A stretch of 64,000 nucleotides of DNA from Eutreptiella sp. 'Long Island Sound 2002' (Eukaryota; Protista; Euglenida): contig OZ038379.1 in assembly GCA_964036045.1 (NCBI GenBank), positions 71,176,001-71,240,000 of the forward strand, written 5' to 3'. Below the pieces are notes generated by a model. It had not been told where the DNA came from. It did no database searches and worked only from the letters and a program-made list of their open reading frames with translations. How positions within the stretch are numbered: the first letter of the stretch is position 1; every line of letters begins with the position of its first letter. Positions 1 through 11,865 of this stretch are shown here, one piece after another. The position numbers were made by a program, and so were the translations under genes.

Positions 1-673
1 GGAGTGCAATACCCCATCATTTTGGGCAGAGGACCCTTCCACGATTCTTGAGGCACTTGAACTTGCCCATCATGTTATCAAGTCATGTAGGAAATGACCC
101 AACTCCATTTGCTATGGTTGTAAGAACAAAATCTTCTGCACCACCCACAGGACCCATTTGTGCATATCATGTGATGCCCCTGTGGCTGCCCGTGTGGCTC
201 CCCTTGATGTGCCATCTTCCACTGCTGTTTTTGCTGCTTCAAGAGTCACTAATGGCACTAATGGCACACTTCTTATTGATTTTCCACTGACTTGTTTCTT
301 TCTTGTTAACACTTCCAACGTTCATTTCATGTGGCTCCCAAAGAGGCCGAGGATGCACAAGCGAGGTGATGCCATGGAACGTCCCAACCCCCCATCCGTA
401 CCTCCTCCGCATGGATGATGGCAGTGCGTTGGTGCTGCCCCACGGGAGGTGGGGGGGGTTTGCGGGGTGAGTGGTAACAAGAAAGTGGAGGTTTTTGGAT
501 GGCACATGGTCCCCACAAATCACACAATGGTGCATATGTCGATCTTGCTGCGTGTAGGCGCCACCATGCAAGCGGTTGACAAGGCAGGGGGGCCGGTGGA
601 GGACACGTACCGGTGCATTTGCCAACGGGTTCTTGCTTTGATTCTTGGGATGTTGTGTTTTGCAATGTGCAAC

Positions 674-795
674 AAGGGGCACCACACGGTACCTTGTTAC
701 GCCCCTTAACGCACGATAAAGGGGCGCGACAAGGTACCTTATCGCGCCCCTTATCACGCATCAGGGGCGCCATAAGGTACGCTGTTGCACCCCTT
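674..795. repeat. Three tandem ~44-bp-spaced palindromic units
   Basis: Unit 719-752 AAGGGGCGCGACAAGGTACCTTATCGCGCCCCTT is a near-perfect palindrome; degenerate copies lie at 674-707 and 763-795, separated by 10-11 nt. Confidence 0.8.
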
Positions 796-1357
796 CTTGC
801 GCCCCACCTTGTCGAATTTTCATCGAATTGCCGCCGTGTTTGTCGGCCCCGTTCTTTCCGTGCTGCCATTGTACATGACAACCCCGTCCGCCTATAACCC
901 CCTTCCCCTCTCCTCCTTAGGTGACCATTGCCCAATGGCGCCGTTTGGGCCTGCTGCAGCCACTTAAAGCACCCAATGCCACGTCCCAAATTGGCCGCGT
1001 GGCGCCGGCAGCGCAGCACTTCATCAGGGTTGGGGAGGATAGGATTGTGCTTGGCCCCCCGGCGCTCTATGAGGGCACTGGTTTCGGACATGAGGTGTCC
1101 TTGCTCGCGCAAGCCCCTCACACCAAGACACATTGGTGTAGAGCATTCAAGGTGAAAATTCGGCGGGGGGGGGGGGGGCGGAAATTGTGACGGCCGTTAC
1201 CATCCCCATTGTTTGTAGCATTTGGACCTCACAGGAGAAGACTCATTATGGGGTAGCAGTGTTGTACTACGTGTCTTACTATGAGGGGGGGCGTAAGATT
1301 TAGTTCCAATGCCTTGTTCCAACGGATGCCACCTTCCGTTGGATCACCCATCAGTCT

Positions 1358-2590
1358 TTGCACAATTTCCGTGCATTTGGGGGGGATGACTTGCCAGACT
1401 ATGTTGCAGATTGGATGAAGGAGTGGGAAAGCAGCTCCACCCCGAGATATGATCGTCGCGTTACGAAACAGGAGGTTGAGGTTGGGGACGTTGGAGACGG
1501 TGATGTCAACTCCCTTGCCCAAGGAGAGAGAAAGAGACCCCATTCAAAGGACACCAAGCGAGGGGGGGGGGGGGGGAGCCAGATGCCAAGAAACGTCCAT
1601 GCACAAGAGTAAGCAGTTCTCAGGACGAACCCATTTTCCTCAGTGATGCCAACCAAATTGCAGGGCAAGTGAGTGAGGAGTTTGCTAGCGACGTGCTGGT
1701 CAATGTGAAAGATGCAATGTCAACACAAGGAACCACGGTTGTTGCAACAGCACTGAGAGAGGAGAGGCGGATGGAGGTTGAAGCCCGGTTGAAGAAAGAA
1801 GAGAAAAAACAAAAAAAATGGGAAAACAAATTGGAATTGGCCATTCTTGAGCAAGTTTAGCTGAGGAAGGAGAGGGACGAGGCAGAGGCAACCGATAAGG
1901 TAATTCCGGAGAAATTGAAAGATGGTACCATTGATGTTGCGCGCCTTAGAGCTGAGAGGGGCAATTTGCGAGACCGAGTTGAAAATTTGGAGTTGGACAA
2001 GACTTACCTTCACGACAACTTGAATACAGCCCTGGGTTCTCAATCATTTAGCCCTCGGGCAACCAGTTGTGAGCTCACCACACCCCGGAAGGCTCCTAAA
2101 CCTCCTGGTGCCTCGTGCCCTGCCCGTCCATCTAGGCCTCCCTTTTCCCACGACTGACTCCTAAGGGTCCTTGAGTCGCATGCCATACCCACAGAGGATG
2201 AGTTGTTGCATTTTGCACGGGACCTGAAGTTGAAGGGTGCTGTGAAGTTTGGTGCCCTAGTTCACAGTGCACAACTCGAATGGGGCCAAATCGGACCCAC
2301 ATGCAAAGAGGTCTCCATTCTAAAGGCCACACTAGAACCAAATGCCTCTCATCTTTTGCACTTGGTACGTGCATGTGCATTGGCCACCCTCCCCAAGTGG
2401 CTTCATTGGTGCTCTGTGCAGGTGGCCCACTACACGGGGCAAAGGCCCATGGTACCTCATGCACACCCACGTGATGGGACCCCCTGAGTGCTGTGTTAAA
2501 ACTGGCTGAGTTTCGCCAGCGAAATTGCTTCTAAAAAGTTTTTTGAAGTGTTTTTTGACGCTTGAACTTTCAAAACTGAACAACCTTCCC
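1358..2590 (+). pseudogene. Degenerate TE-like ORF with a charged coiled-coil segment, family unknown
   Basis: ORFs 1669-1860, 1915-2157 and 2203-2487 are in one frame split by stops; 1358-1612 precedes them across a poly-G tract; E/K/R-rich segment. Confidence 0.4.
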
Positions 2591-2629
2591 ACAACAGCGA
2601 AGGCTTAGGAGGCCCATTGTGCCCCCTAT

Positions 2630-3222
2630 TGTATTAGCGAAAAAAGCGGTGATAGGTAGTGTTTTGCATATGCTAAAATACGGGTGCAAAGTTGCATTTC
2701 TGCATTAGGTTGGGCTCTGCAAAGCCCAGACTAGTGGTGTACGTCATTTTAGGCCCCAATATTATACATTTTAGATCTCTGGGCTCTGTAGAGGCCAGGC
2801 CACAAGTTATTCCCTTTGTGCCCACCCCCGTTACAACAATTGCCTCATGTATACAATGGTCAAATGGCCGCGCCACATGACGCTGGGTGAAGTGGTATAC
2901 TTTTCCCGACACTCTAACATAGTCAGCCTAAACATTGTCTCCGATTTGGTCAGCAGGAACAAGAATCAAGGATACAACTCCTGCATACATGACTGGTGGG
3001 CAATGATCAAAGACGCGTGCCACACTAGGCACCACATCATCTAGATGGAAGAGCCAAAATCACGCCTATATTAGGATTTTCCAACAACCTGGGCTTTGCA
3101 CAGCCCAGGATTCATATACTTGGTACCAAAGTGGTGCTTATTAGGGGTTCCTTGCTGCCTCGTCTCGGCTCTGCAGAGCCGAGACCTTCACAATGTCCGA
3201 TTTTGACCCCTTTTGTGTGACG
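2630..3222. mobile_element. Interspersed repeat (possible solo LTR or non-autonomous element) carrying four copies of a 20-bp palindrome
   Basis: CTGGGCTCTGCAGAGCCCAG-like motifs at 2711, 2779, 3089 and 3164; begins TGT and ends TGTGACG; no TSD found. Confidence 0.4.
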
Positions 3223-3610
3223 TAATAGCACCATGACAGTTTGAAACTTATTCTACATGCGGTCTGCTGTGTTATTGTTCTATGCCTTACTGCTGTGTTG
3301 CTCTTGTATCGTGTTTTACAATGGTGCCACCGTGGTATTGTTTAAGTATCACACTTACCAACCATTAACAACTACTATACAACAAGCCTTAGACTGTTTG
3401 CACGCAGGTGTAGTTGGAGCTTGGTGAAGTGATGTTTCTTTTGTTGTGGCGTGTCTGGTTCTATTACAGTTTTAGGACTCATTGTTTGCAATATACCCTA
3501 ATCTGTTGCTGTTGACTTTTGTGCATATTGTGCAGGGCTCTTACATTTACTATCTGGTCATATGTGCCATATATTAAGTACATGCAACGTCCTTTTTTTT
3601 TACAACAGCC

Positions 3611-4587
3611 ATGCCCAATTTTCCACATGCTAGACGTACGGACGTGGATGTACCGGGTGCCAGCCAGGATACTACAGGAGGTGAGGTTGTAGGACATGTA
3701 CGCTTACCGGTCTCATCGACCGGTGAAACAGGAGCGCGTGCTACAGCTACACTCCCCTTGCAAGAGGCGATTATGTTTACGGGGTCAACACTGCCATGCC
3801 CGCCGCGGCCACGAAACATTGTCCCCAAAGACCAAGCAACCCCACCACAAGCCTCCCTCAATGACCCAGTGACTCCGAACATAATGGAGTTGCTTAGGGA
3901 CAACAGTGCCGGCCAGGCACGATGGTTCGTGCAATACATCTGGGGGCTTCGTGCAGGGTTCCATTTTGCATTGCGGAACCCAATGCGCAACCCCCTTGTC
4001 ACATGGCAACAAGGGATTCGGAAATGCCGATCCCATTTTCTATCACGCAGCGAGGAGCGGGCTGCATTGATCCTGGTTACCCTTAATTTAGAATCACGTC
4101 CCCCTGTTGAGTCGTCTTCCCATCCTTGTATCCCACCTGCTCGGCCACTTCCTCCCCCGGATGCCGACAAGCTCACACTTACACAGATTGATCGGCACAA
4201 CTCCGATCACCAGCACATACGGTCCCTTCGACCACCTGTGGAAGCAGACCACACCGGTGGGCAGTCAAAATACAGCCTGTGCCACCAGTGCCTGTACCAC
4301 ATAGAAGCACCCCTCCTGCCTTGAGTCGCACTTCAATCACCTCCAGTGGTAGGCGTTCCGTTAGTTCCCTGGTACCCCTTTCTGATAATGCAGTACCCCC
4401 AAGGACTTCTCTCCTGCACCCCCCCCCCCCGCGGCGCACTTCCCTGTTGCCTACTGCCGCTGTTACGGACAACCAACAGACCCCAAGGTACTCACTATTG
4501 CCACATGTGCATGTAGGATTGTCGCCGGATGCGGCTCCATCTGCGTCCCCACAACCATCTGCTGTCAGAGTAAAGAGCGATGATTAG
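3611..4587 (+). pseudogene. Uncharacterised Pro/Ser/Thr-rich ORF pair, probably TE-derived
   Basis: 237-aa ORF 3611-4324 overlapped by ORF 4279-4587; no recognisable domain. Confidence 0.25.
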
Positions 4588-4591
4588 TATC

Positions 4592-4770
4592 CGTCACGGT
4601 GGTCATTACTACCTGATATGCCACGGGCCAAATACTAGAAAACTATGTGATCCATTACTTGTTTGGCCTAGTTCCCATATGTGTGTCATGCACCCCATAA
4701 CAATCACTTTCTCCGACCCTGGGCTCTGCAGAGCCCAGCCTACGCCAAATGCTACTTTTACCCCTTCTTG
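4592..4770 (-). mobile_element. Probable 3' LTR fragment of the adjacent gypsy element
   Basis: Lies directly downstream of the integrase; minus strand ends CCGTGACG (close to a TG...CA type terminus); contains a perfect 20-bp palindrome at 4719-4738. Confidence 0.35.
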
Positions 4771-4771
4771 G

Positions 4772-6000
4772 TTACTTGCTCGCGGCTCGTGGCTCCCTAT
4801 GTCCCCTTTGTCTATGACAGGGCCCGCCATTACAATGGCCAAACCAATTCCTCTCAGGCTCCTCGATGTGCAATCGGCAGAAATTCTCGAACATTTGCCT
4901 CCCGGCGACCTCCGCGCGGCCGTTTGACGGGCTGTGATATGCCACGATCTTGGCATGTCGAATCCCCATATGCTTGCACATGCTTTTGAGCCAGGAGCAC
5001 ACAAACTGACTCGCCCGGCCGCTGCACATGACCTCTGGGACGTCAAAGATTGTCAACCAATGCCTGTTCATGGCTTGGGCGACGTTCTTTGCTTAGAGGC
5101 CCACTCCATGCTTGTCTTTCTTGTTCCTCTTCTTGGACTTCTTACCCGGAACCGCCACAATATACCCGCTATGTCGGTCCACGGAAGAAATAAGACAATC
5201 ATATTTTTCCCCCTCAACCGTGACCTCGGGCATGGCAAACACGTCCATGGCAATAGAGCGCATCGGTTTCTCGGGGATCGCCGTATAAACCGGGTTCCCC
5301 GCTGTGGAGTGGTTCGGGCTTTTCGTGGCCCTACACACGGCACAATCGTTGCAATACGGATTTAATGTTGCGTAGTATCCCGGAGGGAACTCAAACCTCC
5401 ATTCGAGATCTCGTTGCATCTTGTCGCGACCCGGATGCATAAGTTGGGCGTTGTTCCAATGGTCAATGAGCGCCTCAACCCGGTTTTCCGGCACCAATAT
5501 CTTGTCATTGAGGAAGAGCTTGTCCCCGTCCTCCGTCAAGCCTTCGGGCCACTCATCGTCCGGGGGGCACTCGGGGCGTTCCAATACTTCTTCCAATGCT
5601 CGGAGGCGGCATAATCCTCCGACCAATCCTCCATAAGCACCAACTCCACATATTTAATGGGTGCGACGAGACATTCCTCCAAAGTCTCTTCGATCAAAAC
5701 CCGAACTCGGGCATCCCGTCGTTGGCTCAACTCCGCCTTGGATGCCATGACCACAGAGCACTTGGTGTCACCCTCTTCCATGGCTTTCTGGAGCTCAATG
5801 ATCCGTTTGTCCTCCTCCGTTTCCTCACCGTCTCCATGGCTGGATATGTCCATCCAAGCCTTGCCAGCGGAATCATTGTACAAGGCGTTCCAAAAATCGT
5901 TGAACGCGGCGCCGGTGGCGCGTTGACTTCCGTCCTCGGTGCCACTGTGGTGCGGTGGCCCGAGGTGTCGCCTTGAATGACACGCGGGACGTGCTGCATC
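4772..6000 (-). pseudogene. Ty3/gypsy-type pol remnant: RNase H C-terminus plus integrase
   Basis: HHCC motif (HWNNAQLMHPG...CNDCAVC); core IAMDVF...VDRHSGY; then SGRASQF (degenerate SDxGxQF) and SNGRAE in a shifted frame; LARLGWTYPA resembles the RNase H end. Confidence 0.85.
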
Positions 6001-6109
6001 GCTGCACTACGTCACCCTAAGTAATAGTCCCGCTGCTGCTCGGTCCAGTAATCGTGGGTGTGATAAGCCGCGCCTTCATCCCATTCCATGTACTCTTGCT
6101 CCTTTGTGA

Positions 6110-6520
6110 ATGGCCGTTAAAAGAACTTTTGGATGAGAATGCGAATATGGGTGTCCAAGCCAACTATTTTGTCCGAAAAGAGCCTTTTTCAATGGGCTGG
6201 AATGGAGGATATGGTTTCAAAAATCCGAAAAAAATGAAATACAGGTCCCTGCGAGAAAAATCCACCCCTTTTCTACACACTGGGTGGCCATGGTGGCCGT
6301 TTAATGCCCTATTTGTATTGTGCCGTTCGGCTCGGTTTGCTGCGACCCTTGCGAATGCGAATTTGGGCCAAATTTGCACGAATTTCGCGCGAAGATCGCG
6401 CGAATTCGGCCCAATTTTCGCGTGCGGGCATGCACATCTTCACCATAACAAACCAAGGCCTCTTTGCCATGAACCGTCCAAACGTACTATGGTCGCTGTT
6501 TGCGCTGTTTGCGGCGTCTG
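6110..6520. repeat. Interspersed repeat fragment with clustered TTCGCGCGAA motifs
   Basis: CGCGAA/TTCGCG cluster at ~6350-6425, similar to the clusters at 8335-8440 and 10165-10270. Confidence 0.5.
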
Positions 6521-7052
6521 AAACGTTGACTAAGGGTATATACATAGTTGAGGTCACTAAGGGCCCTCTTGCAGGGCCCGCCTAGCCAAACGTTGTACGG
6601 TCAACGGGCCTTGCCCACGCATGGACCTCTTTGTGACATCCCACCACTCCGCACGGAGGCTGTCGTCTATGGTGTGGTTGTCAACGACAACTTGCACACC
6701 TAGGTGCCCACGCAAAAGGCTTAGGCCCCCGCTGTTCCGTAACATGCTCTTGAGCCTACGGTGGCTGCCTTCCATGGCGAAGCATGAAAATTTTGGAGAG
6801 GGTTCCCCATTGGCAGGCAAAAAGGCACATGTGGTGAATCCACAAATGTGACCACAACAGCTTAGGCCATAACAAGAGTAGGTGGGCTTTGCCCATCGCA
6901 ATGCTACACTCACGTAACATTCCTAGATCTGCTCCGGAGAGCCAACATGTCCGCCATGCATATATACACATCTTGGCAAAATTGTCCCACCACAGCCTAC
7001 AAACGTCCCCCCATGGTCTCCCCCCAACCTAACCCCCATCAGCTCCCTCTCC

Positions 7053-8294
7053 ATGGTGCGGTGCCAGCCCCCGTTCGCATGCAAGCTCGACCTCCCTGGA
7101 CGGAAGCGGGCAAGGGAGGGGTTCGTGGCGACGACGTGGGAGGTCGAGGTCGAGACGCAAGATGGGGCGCGGGAGCCGCCCCTCAAAATGCCCTTCCCTT
7201 GTGCCATCACGTCCCCTAACCCCGGGGGAGGGTAGAAGGAGGGGGAGACGATTATTGCCCTCTACGCATACAGGCTGAGTGTAGGGCACTGGAGAATGGG
7301 TTGTTGGGTGAAGGGTAGGGCGGGGGTGCTGGAGGGGCAGCTGAGGCAGTTGACAGCGTCGGCGGTGACGGGGGTGAGGGGATGGGGGGACCGAGCGGAG
7401 GAGCACATGAGCTATGCTTGGCTCCAAATGTTCACGCGGGCAAAAGAGGAGCACGGCAAGCATTTGGGGGAGGTGGGGGGAGTGGTGGAGTTGGAAGCGG
7501 AGGAGGCGGGGTAGGAGGAGGAGGACGATGACTCCTCCATGCGGAGCTCCAAGAGCGGCGGGTCCAGGGGCAAGGTGGGCCGGCCCCGCAAGGCCCCCAA
7601 ACTTTCCGCCAAGTCGGGTGACCAGCCCTCGGCTGCAAAGCCCCTGCCGGCAACGCAGGCCGCTGCGGAGGTGGACGCTTGGGCGGCGGCGCAGGCGGGG
7701 GCCATGCCCGAGTGGCAGAAGCGGGCGGTGGCGGCGGAGGGGGAGGTCCTCCGCCTGCGAGGCACGCTCCCGGAGGCAGAGCAGCGGGCGCAGGAGGCGG
7801 AGCGGCGGGCAACGGCGAAGGAGCGGCGGGCAACGGCGGCGGAGCGGGTCCGGGACCATCTCCGGTCGCAGGCCCGCAAAACCAAGCCGAAGGCGGGCGC
7901 ACAAGGGCAGCAGCAGGAAGAGCAGACGGAAGAGGGGGGGTTCGGGGCGGGGGTGGCGGCCGGTACGAAATACCTTATGGCCACAAACCAGGCCTGGAAG
8001 GCCCAGGCAGAGAAGGTGAAGGGGGAGGTCTTACCAGTGGCCGCCACCGCGCGCCTGCTGATTCACCATAAGGACGGGCCGACCTTCGAGTCAGTGGTGC
8101 CGGGGTATCAAGGTGCTATGGACAGCCATGACGCTGTCGAGAAGCGGTACCCGGGGGACGCTCTGGTGAAGGCTGCCACTAACCTAGCCTTCGAGCCCCT
8201 CTACCCCAGCCCCCCAGCCCCCCGCAGCCCATGGGTTTGGGACCTGCACAGGCACTACGACCCCGTAGTGTCGCCTTGCGAACGGCCTTTTTAA
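7053..8294 (+). pseudogene. Long TE-like ORF with two in-frame stops, an AT-hook and a coiled coil
   Basis: ORFs 7053-7235, 7296-7514 and 7539-8294 share one frame; KVGRPRK AT-hook; AEQRAQEAERRATAKERR coiled coil. Confidence 0.5.
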
Positions 8295-10270
8295 CCGTTG
8301 TAAATTACAACGGAGCCGACCACTGTCCTGTGTACCGAATTTCGCACGAACTTCGCGCGATTTTGTGCAAATGCGCGAACAACTCGGCCGACTACTGTTC
8401 TGATATTTATGCGAACTTGCCGCGAACTTCGCGCGAATTTATATAATATTTTTGTGTTTAATGCTTGTTTGCAACGCATGGGGTGCTTGTACAAATTTTT
8501 TGTTGTGCGGCGTTTGCCAATAGGGCTGACTTTTTCTCACTTTCTCGACATTGCAAATTGACATGCATTGCCTATTGCCTATTGTCAGTGTTTTTTGTCA
8601 TGGGACGTGGGGGTGGCGACAAGAGGAAGAAGGCCTTTGCCCATATCAAATCCAGGCAGCGCCGGGCCCGGCGCTTGAGGACATTGCGGGACGTCGTCTC
8701 TGGGGAACTAGGACAATAGGAGCCGAGTATCTGGTGAAGCACCTCCCGGACACGGGCCAGATTGTCCTCACGCCGGTAGACGGGGGGGGGGGGGGAGTGG
8801 TGCTCTGCCCACCGCACCATCCATGTGGGAGAAGACCGTCGCTGCGGTGTGGCGCATCCGGTCGTTGCACTTGTCCAAGACAGAGGCGCAGTATCTCACA
8901 CCCCATCTAGTCGAGGGCGTACCATGGGAGGACGTGTGGGTCACCATGCAGCAGCTTGCAAAGCCTGCATCGGAGGGATTTGTAGCCAAGACGGGGGAAT
9001 GACACAAAGCTATACGGAGCCTTCTGCCCGTTACTGGCGCGGTTGCAACACCTGTATCGCTGCCGACCGGTTGAGACGGCCAACGTCCAACAACCGGGCA
9101 ATCCAAGGCTGCATTGGATGCCACTAGCAATGGACGGCACGTCGCGGCACGAGACTTCGTACGTGCATTGTACCCTTGAGGGAACCGACCAACTAGCAAG
9201 CCGGTGGCTAATGGGCGGTAGTGAGGAGTGGGCGACCTTGTACGCGGCTGCTCAAGAGGTTGACTTTGAGCAACAATTGTGGGATGCTAGTAATGTTGTC
9301 TTCCAAGATACTTCCCGTGCTGAGCGGGAAACACTCTTTTTCCTCTATGCCCATGCCAAGGCACAAATTTTAATGGCCAATTGTAAAATTTTTAAAGCCG
9401 AGGCTTCACAGGCCATGATGTGTTGGGTTCGCGACCGCAATCGGGCAGGCTGCCTTGCCAACTTCGGCTTGGAAGCCACCATTGACGGGTGGTGGGAGCT
9501 TGTGCCCCCCATGGGAGCCATATATAGACACATCCCAGCCAAACGTCGCATTCCGGACTACGGGTTGCACGGGGTGCTGCGGGTAACTATTTGTGGTATT
9601 TCCGGCATGAGGGATGCGGTGTCGGATGCCATTGGCAAGTCCGCGGCGGTCGTTGTCCGCAATTTTTTCCAACCGATCCTAGATGTTGCTCGCATGGCAG
9701 CCAAGGCGGTAACAAACAGTAGGATGGCAAAGGGCAACGGCCGCGCCAACGCGAAGGGCAACGGTAGGTTGCAGTCCGCCGCGGCTGTGCAATTCATGCG
9801 CACCCGGAGGTGGGAGGCACTCATTGCCGTGTGCCTTGAAGAGAGGGGAATGAACAACAAGTAGGTGGGCGGGGTACCCCGTTCCCGCCACCTCGTGTGC
9901 GACGACCACGGGGTTGGAGGCGCGGGGTGCAGGGGGGGGCTGCGGGAATGGCCGCCGTGGCGTCTGCGGGAGTGGCGCCGGCCGAACTCCAGGGCACGTC
10001 GAGGGTCATGTGGCGGACTGTGCACGAATGTGCAGGAGTATCAGTGTGCCTGGCCGGGCGGAATGGCTTGCGTGCATGCATGGCCGCACGGGGATCGGGC
10101 AGCCAGTAGTGGCATTGATCCTGCGACTGAAATGAAGGGGAATAGTGAACCTATTTATGCCAAATTCGCGTGAACTTGGCGCGAAATTCGTGAATCTGCA
10201 TGCCTGGCCGAATCTGAAGCATTTGCGGATGCGCAGCACAATGTCGCGAACTTCGCGCGAACTTCGCGCA
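8295..10270 (+). mobile_element. Putative DNA transposon with a left-end hairpin and CGCGAA subterminal clusters
   Basis: CCGTTGTAAATTACAACGG hairpin at 8295-8313; GAACTTCGCGCGAA repeats at both ends flank a degenerate ORF. Confidence 0.5.
8599..9864 (+). pseudogene. Degenerate DDE-type transposase (Transib/RAG/Chapaev-like motif order)
   Basis: Basic N-terminus (MGRGGGDKRKKAF) frameshifted into ORF 9043-9864, which has LAMDGT, LMGGSEEW and IPDYGLHGVLRV motifs; final catalytic E not found. Confidence 0.35.
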
Positions 10271-10396
10271 AATACGGGGTAGAAGACAATGCATACCGCA
10301 CATTCACACGAGCAGGTCAATGTCCACGTCCCTTTCTTGGACTCCTTTACCCGCTTCCACGCTGGCTCATCATTGAGCGGCTGCCAAGCGGGGGCA

Positions 10397-11262
10397 AGGT
10401 CTACACCCTCCAAGGATTCATCGCAGTCACTTTACACTAGTGTACAACCCATGCGATGAATTCTTGAAGGGTCTACACCCATCAAGGATTCATCGCATCC
10501 ACTTTACACTAGTGTAGAACCCAGGCAATGAATCCTTGAAGGGTCTATAACCTCTAAAGATTCATTGCATCCGCTCGCGAGTAGTGTATCGCCAATGTGA
10601 CGATTCCTTGGAGGGTCTACACCCACCAAAGAGGAATCGCATCAACTTTAGACTACTGTAGAACACATGCGATGAATTCTTGGGGGGTCTCCACCGATCA
10701 AGGATTCATCGCATCCAACCTGAACTAGTATACCGCCCACGGGATGAATCCTTGGAGGGTCTATACCGTCCAAGACTTCATCACATCCACTCTACATCAG
10801 TGTACAACCCAGGGTCTACACCGATCAAGGATTCATCGCATCCACCCTAGACTACTGTACAGCCCATGCGATGAATCCCTCAAGGGTTTACACCCTCCAA
10901 GGATTCATCACATTCACTTTAGACTAGTGGCGAACCAATGTGATGGCTCCTTGAAGTGTCTACACCCTCAAAGGATTCATCGCATCCACTCTAGACTAGT
11001 GTAAAACCCATGCGATGAATCCTTGAAGGGCTTACACCCTGGAAAGATTCATCCCATCCACCCTAGACTAGTGTACATCCCATACGATGAATCCTTGGAG
11101 GGTACACACCCATCAAGGATTCATCGCAGCCACTCTACATCAGAGTACAGCCCATACGATGAATACCCGAACGGTCTACACCCATCAAGGATTTATGGCA
11201 TCCATCTACGTCGGTGTACAGTCCATGCGATGGATCCTAGAAGGGTCTACACCCTCCAAGGA
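10397..11262. repeat. 72-bp palindromic minisatellite, ~12 units
   Basis: GCGATGAA-like starts at 10453, 10525, 10597, 10669, 10741, 10868, 10939, 11012, 11084, 11156 and 11227; each unit has GCGATGAATCCTTG...CAAGGATTCATCGC arms. Confidence 0.95.
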
Positions 11263-11280
11263 CAGGGGGTATATGGGCAC

Positions 11281-11862
11281 GCGATGAATATTGGAAGGGT
11301 GTACACCACTCCAATATTCATTGTGAGGGGGAAACACCCCTCGACAGGGGGCAAAGGGGCACGCGATGAATGTTGGAAGGGTGTACACCCCTCAAATATT
11401 CATCGCAAGGGGTATAGACCACTCGACAAGGTATAGGGGCACATGATGAATATTGAAAGGGTGTACACCCCTCCAACATTCATCGCGGGGGGTATGTACC
11501 CCTCGACACGGGGTATAGAGCACACAATGAATAATGGAAGGGTGTACACCCCCCCAACATTCATCGCGAGGGGTACACACGGTGAATATTGGAATGTTGT
11601 GCACCCGTCCAACATTCATCACCAGACGTATGGACCCTTCGACAAGACGTATAGGGGCACACGATGATTATTGGAAGGGTGTACACCCCTCCAATATTCA
11701 TCGCGAGCGGTATAGACCCCTCGATAGGGGGTATAGGGGCAGGCAATGAATATTGGGAGGGTATACACCCCTCCAATACGATGTATATTGGGAGGGTGTA
11801 CACCCCTCCAATATGATGAATATTGGGAGGGTGTACACCCCTCCCATATTCATCGCGAGGGG
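11281..11862. repeat. ~82-bp palindromic minisatellite related to the 72-bp array
   Basis: Core GCGATGAATATTGGAGGGTGTACACCCCTCCAATATTCATCGC recurs at 11281, 11363, 11443, 11526, 11662 and 11744, plus truncated units. Confidence 0.9.
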
Positions 11863-11865
11863 TAT

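Noticed and set aside
7029-8071. Long overlapping Pro/Arg/Gly-rich ORFs on both strands
   Set aside because: Shadow frames of a GC-rich segment; only the 7053-8294 frame looks protein-like
10744-11436. ORFs with 24-aa His-rich repeats
   Set aside because: By-product of the 72-bp period; the same frame has TAG/TAA stops in neighbouring units
10397-11862. CRISPR-like appearance of palindromic repeats with spacers
   Set aside because: Spacers are homologous to each other rather than unique, repeats are degenerate, and there are no cas genes
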